Shown here: positions 8,687-10,517 of the stretch, one piece after another | How the letters are laid out: each line of letters begins with the position of its first letter | Position numbering within the stretch: the first letter of the stretch is position 1 | Assembly (NCBI GenBank): GCA_037447605.1 | Contig: JBBHKD010000077.1 | Location: 1 to 10,517 of the forward strand | Direction: 5' to 3' | Length of the DNA: 10,517 nucleotides | Source of the DNA: Zygnema circumcarinatum SAG 698-1b | Taxonomy: Eukaryota; Plantae; Zygnematophyceae | The notes under the pieces: model-generated | Told to the model about the DNA's origin: nothing | Database searches by the model: none | Seen by the model: the letters and a program-made list of their open reading frames with translations, nothing else | Program-made: the position numbers and the translations under genes

Positions 8687-8730
8687 CCACCAGCAGCGAC
8701 TCCTAAACTGCTGGTGGGTTGGGGTTTTCC
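8687..8730 (-). promoter_or_regulatory. candidate -1 programmed ribosomal frameshift signal
   Basis: G_GAA_AAC heptamer (8730-8724) in the correct gag phase, 6-nt spacer, perfect 10-bp stem CCACCAGCAG/CTGCTGGTGG with an 11-nt loop containing the gag UAG; the -1 frame is open to 8509. Confidence 0.65.
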
Positions 8731-10176
8731 GGCCCCTTGCCCTTCTTGTCCTTGGAGTTCAGAGGGCAATCCCGGGCCTTATGCCCCTCCTTGCGGCAGC
8801 GGAAACACTTGTTCTCCCGCTGCATCTTCTCCATTTCCTGGGTGAAACACGCGGCGTGCGGTGGGTGAAGGCGACCACTTCGGTACGCCCAGCTTACATT
8901 GTCTTTCTGCCGGTTGGCGGAGAATCACGCTTTCCACGGCCTGTCGCGTCGCCGACACTCTAAGTCGGGGAAGAGCTACGCTCGCTGCGGCGGTGTCAGC
9001 GAATAGGCGCATCAAATGCGGCTGAGTCGGCGCGGTCTGATTTTGAAGTCAGGTAGGTTGGTTAGCGTACTTCCCTGAGTGTAGCTTCAAGCCATTCACG
9101 AAGTGGAAAAGAACTTCAGCATCGAACTTGTGAGTAGTGTCGAGCACCACTTGTCGCCGAGAGTCTCCCTTGGCTTGCTTACGGCAGGTTTGGACCGCAT
9201 TGAGAAACTTATCGGGCCTCAAGCGGGATCCAAGATCCCAAAGTGTTTGATAAGTTCATCCTCACGAACTTATACATGCGTCACAATCAAGCTGAGGAAG
9301 GCCCTCATACACAGAACAGGCTCCCTCTAAGAATGTTGAGTAGCAAAGCTTACCTTGGAAGAGGGCGATTGGTCGCGAGAAGGTAGCCCTTACGTTTGAC
9401 CCAACCAACGCTTTCCGTCGAAGCGGTCCGAGGTAGGACTTTGCTAGCCCAAAAGGAAAAGCGAGCAGCCCATTCCGTCGAGCATCCCTCCCGACAGGAT
9501 TTCAACGGGGGCGGTCAGAGGCTGGGACGTCTCTCGCCCCGGCGGCGCTGAAGCGGGGGTCCCCCCCCTTCTTTGGGTGGTTGCATCCTGCGTGAGGTGA
9601 CTCCCCAGTTGAATCAACGGGGCCCAGGATCTCTACCCGGTTGCTTCCGGCAGCGGACCCCAAGACGCCCGGTAGCGGCGATACTACGGGTGGTGTGCTA
9701 ACCCCTTCCCGGGATTTTGCCGCATCTCTGCTCGGCGAGGAGGGTTGAGGCATACCTTCTTGATCACCGGGCTTTGTCCGAGCCACGAACTTTCCATTTG
9801 GGCGTGTCCACCAAGCGGACGTGTGCTCCATGTCGTCCACCTGCCTCGTACAGGCCATGGTGGCGACGCGCTGCTGCCTTACATCCGCTCCCAGCTCGTC
9901 GATCTTCTTCTTCATCTTCAGGGAAGCGCCCACCGTGATGTGGGCCCCGATCATGGGATCGGCGGATTCTGCCGGAGCCAGCGGCTCCGGTGACGCGGGG
10001 AGAGGGGCAGCAGTCACCGGATGACCTTGGTCATCCGTGGGCTCGGGACTGGGCCCCTCCATGGGGATGGCCGCAGTCTCCGATGTCTCCTCCATCACCT
10101 CGTCCCGAGGATCAGGTGGTGGAGGTGGCGGCCCCGAGGGCCCCGGGTCCCCTCCGGCCCGGCGAGTGGTCACCAT
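8703..10176 (-). pseudogene. gag: gag: Pro-rich N-terminus, capsid-like core, CCHC zinc knuckle (8766-8807); frameshifted
   Basis: ATG at 10176 (MVTTRRAGG...), fragments DRFDG, VSFATQ, DELIKHFG, VLFHFVNGLK, then CFRCRKEGHKARDC and a stop at 8703-8705. Confidence 0.85.
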
Positions 10177-10213
10177 GACCAACAGGTTCCTTCCCAAAAA
10201 GAAACGAAAACCT

Positions 10214-10225
10214 GCTCTGATACCA
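10214..10225 (-). promoter_or_regulatory. primer binding site complementary to plant-type initiator tRNA-Met
   Basis: Minus strand ...GTGACA TT TGGTATCAGAGC AGGTTTTCG; 12-nt match to the 3' end of plant tRNA-iMet (...GCUCUGAUACCA), 2 nt from the LTR. Confidence 0.95.
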
Positions 10226-10227
10226 AA

Positions 10228-10402
10228 TGTCACGACTGAAATCTAGCCCCTTCAGCCGTGCGCGGAATTACACTTCAAAGTTCAGCAAAGAGAGGGAGAG
10301 AGAGAGAGAGAGCGCTTCAGAGTGGGGAGCAGCCCGAGAAGGGCGTGCAACCGTATGCCGGTATGTTGGTTGGGTGACGACAGTCACCCACGCCCCTATA
10401 CG
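10228..10402 (-). repeat. 5' LTR (175 bp), apparently also the 3' LTR of an adjacent element
   Basis: 170/175 identical to 3331-3505; its initial TG is altered to CG (10402); PBS on its inner side and a PPT on its outer side. Confidence 0.8.
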
Positions 10403-10517
10403 CTTCCCCCGTTGAACCTCCTACCAGCATGGAGGATTGGAGCGAGCGTCAATGTGGCCCTTGCGTGTCCCTCTCGACACATGGGTCAGGAGGAATTGGC
10501 CCTGCTGTCTGAGATAC
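10403..10517 (-). mobile_element. PPT and 3'UTR end of a second, diverged related element, running off the window
   Basis: 10403-10434 is identical to 3506-3537 including the PPT, then patchy similarity (GCGTGTCCCT at the same 28-nt spacing, CGAC..CATGG). Confidence 0.6.

Larger units (their letters stand above)
3331..10402 (-). mobile_element. Ty3/gypsy LTR retrotransposon, chromovirus lineage
   Basis: Direct terminal repeats, PBS, PPT, gag zinc knuckle, domain order PR-RT-RH-IN, and a C-terminal chromodomain. Confidence 0.97.

Noticed and set aside
9501-9511. 11-bp perfect inverted match to the PPT-adjacent sequence 3509-3519 (possible 5'-3' RNA pairing)
   Set aside because: Does not extend on either side; compatible with chance among many possible comparisons unless conserved in other copies.
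9502-10233. Separate 243-aa extra ORF upstream of gag with a GTG start in the LTR
   Set aside because: Better explained as the gag N-terminus starting at ATG 10176, cut off from the capsid part by a frameshift.

Overview
Eukaryotic, most likely green-plant-lineage, genomic DNA dominated by nested transposons; no prokaryotic operon or CRISPR array. The main feature is a ~7.1 kb Ty3/gypsy chromovirus LTR retrotransposon on the minus strand (3331-10402). It has 175-bp LTRs (5 mismatches), a plant-type tRNA-iMet PBS, and gag (CCHC knuckle) followed by PR-RT-RNaseH-integrase-chromodomain, with a candidate -1 frameshift signal at the gag/pol junction. It interrupts an intronless tandem Sel1-like-repeat gene (2319-3330, minus). 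Its pol is interrupted by a second LTR element (7165-7549, TGTT...AACA, 5-bp TSD GGATT, containing a 10-N gap); a diverged relative of that LTR ends at 623. The right LTR is followed not by host DNA but by a second PPT and a diverged 3'UTR, implying a heterologous tandem sharing one LTR. The 3'UTR holds a degenerate tRNA-like cloverleaf with a perfect B box. Patchy dense indels in gag, RNaseH, integrase and three Sel1 units may be assembly error rather than biology.
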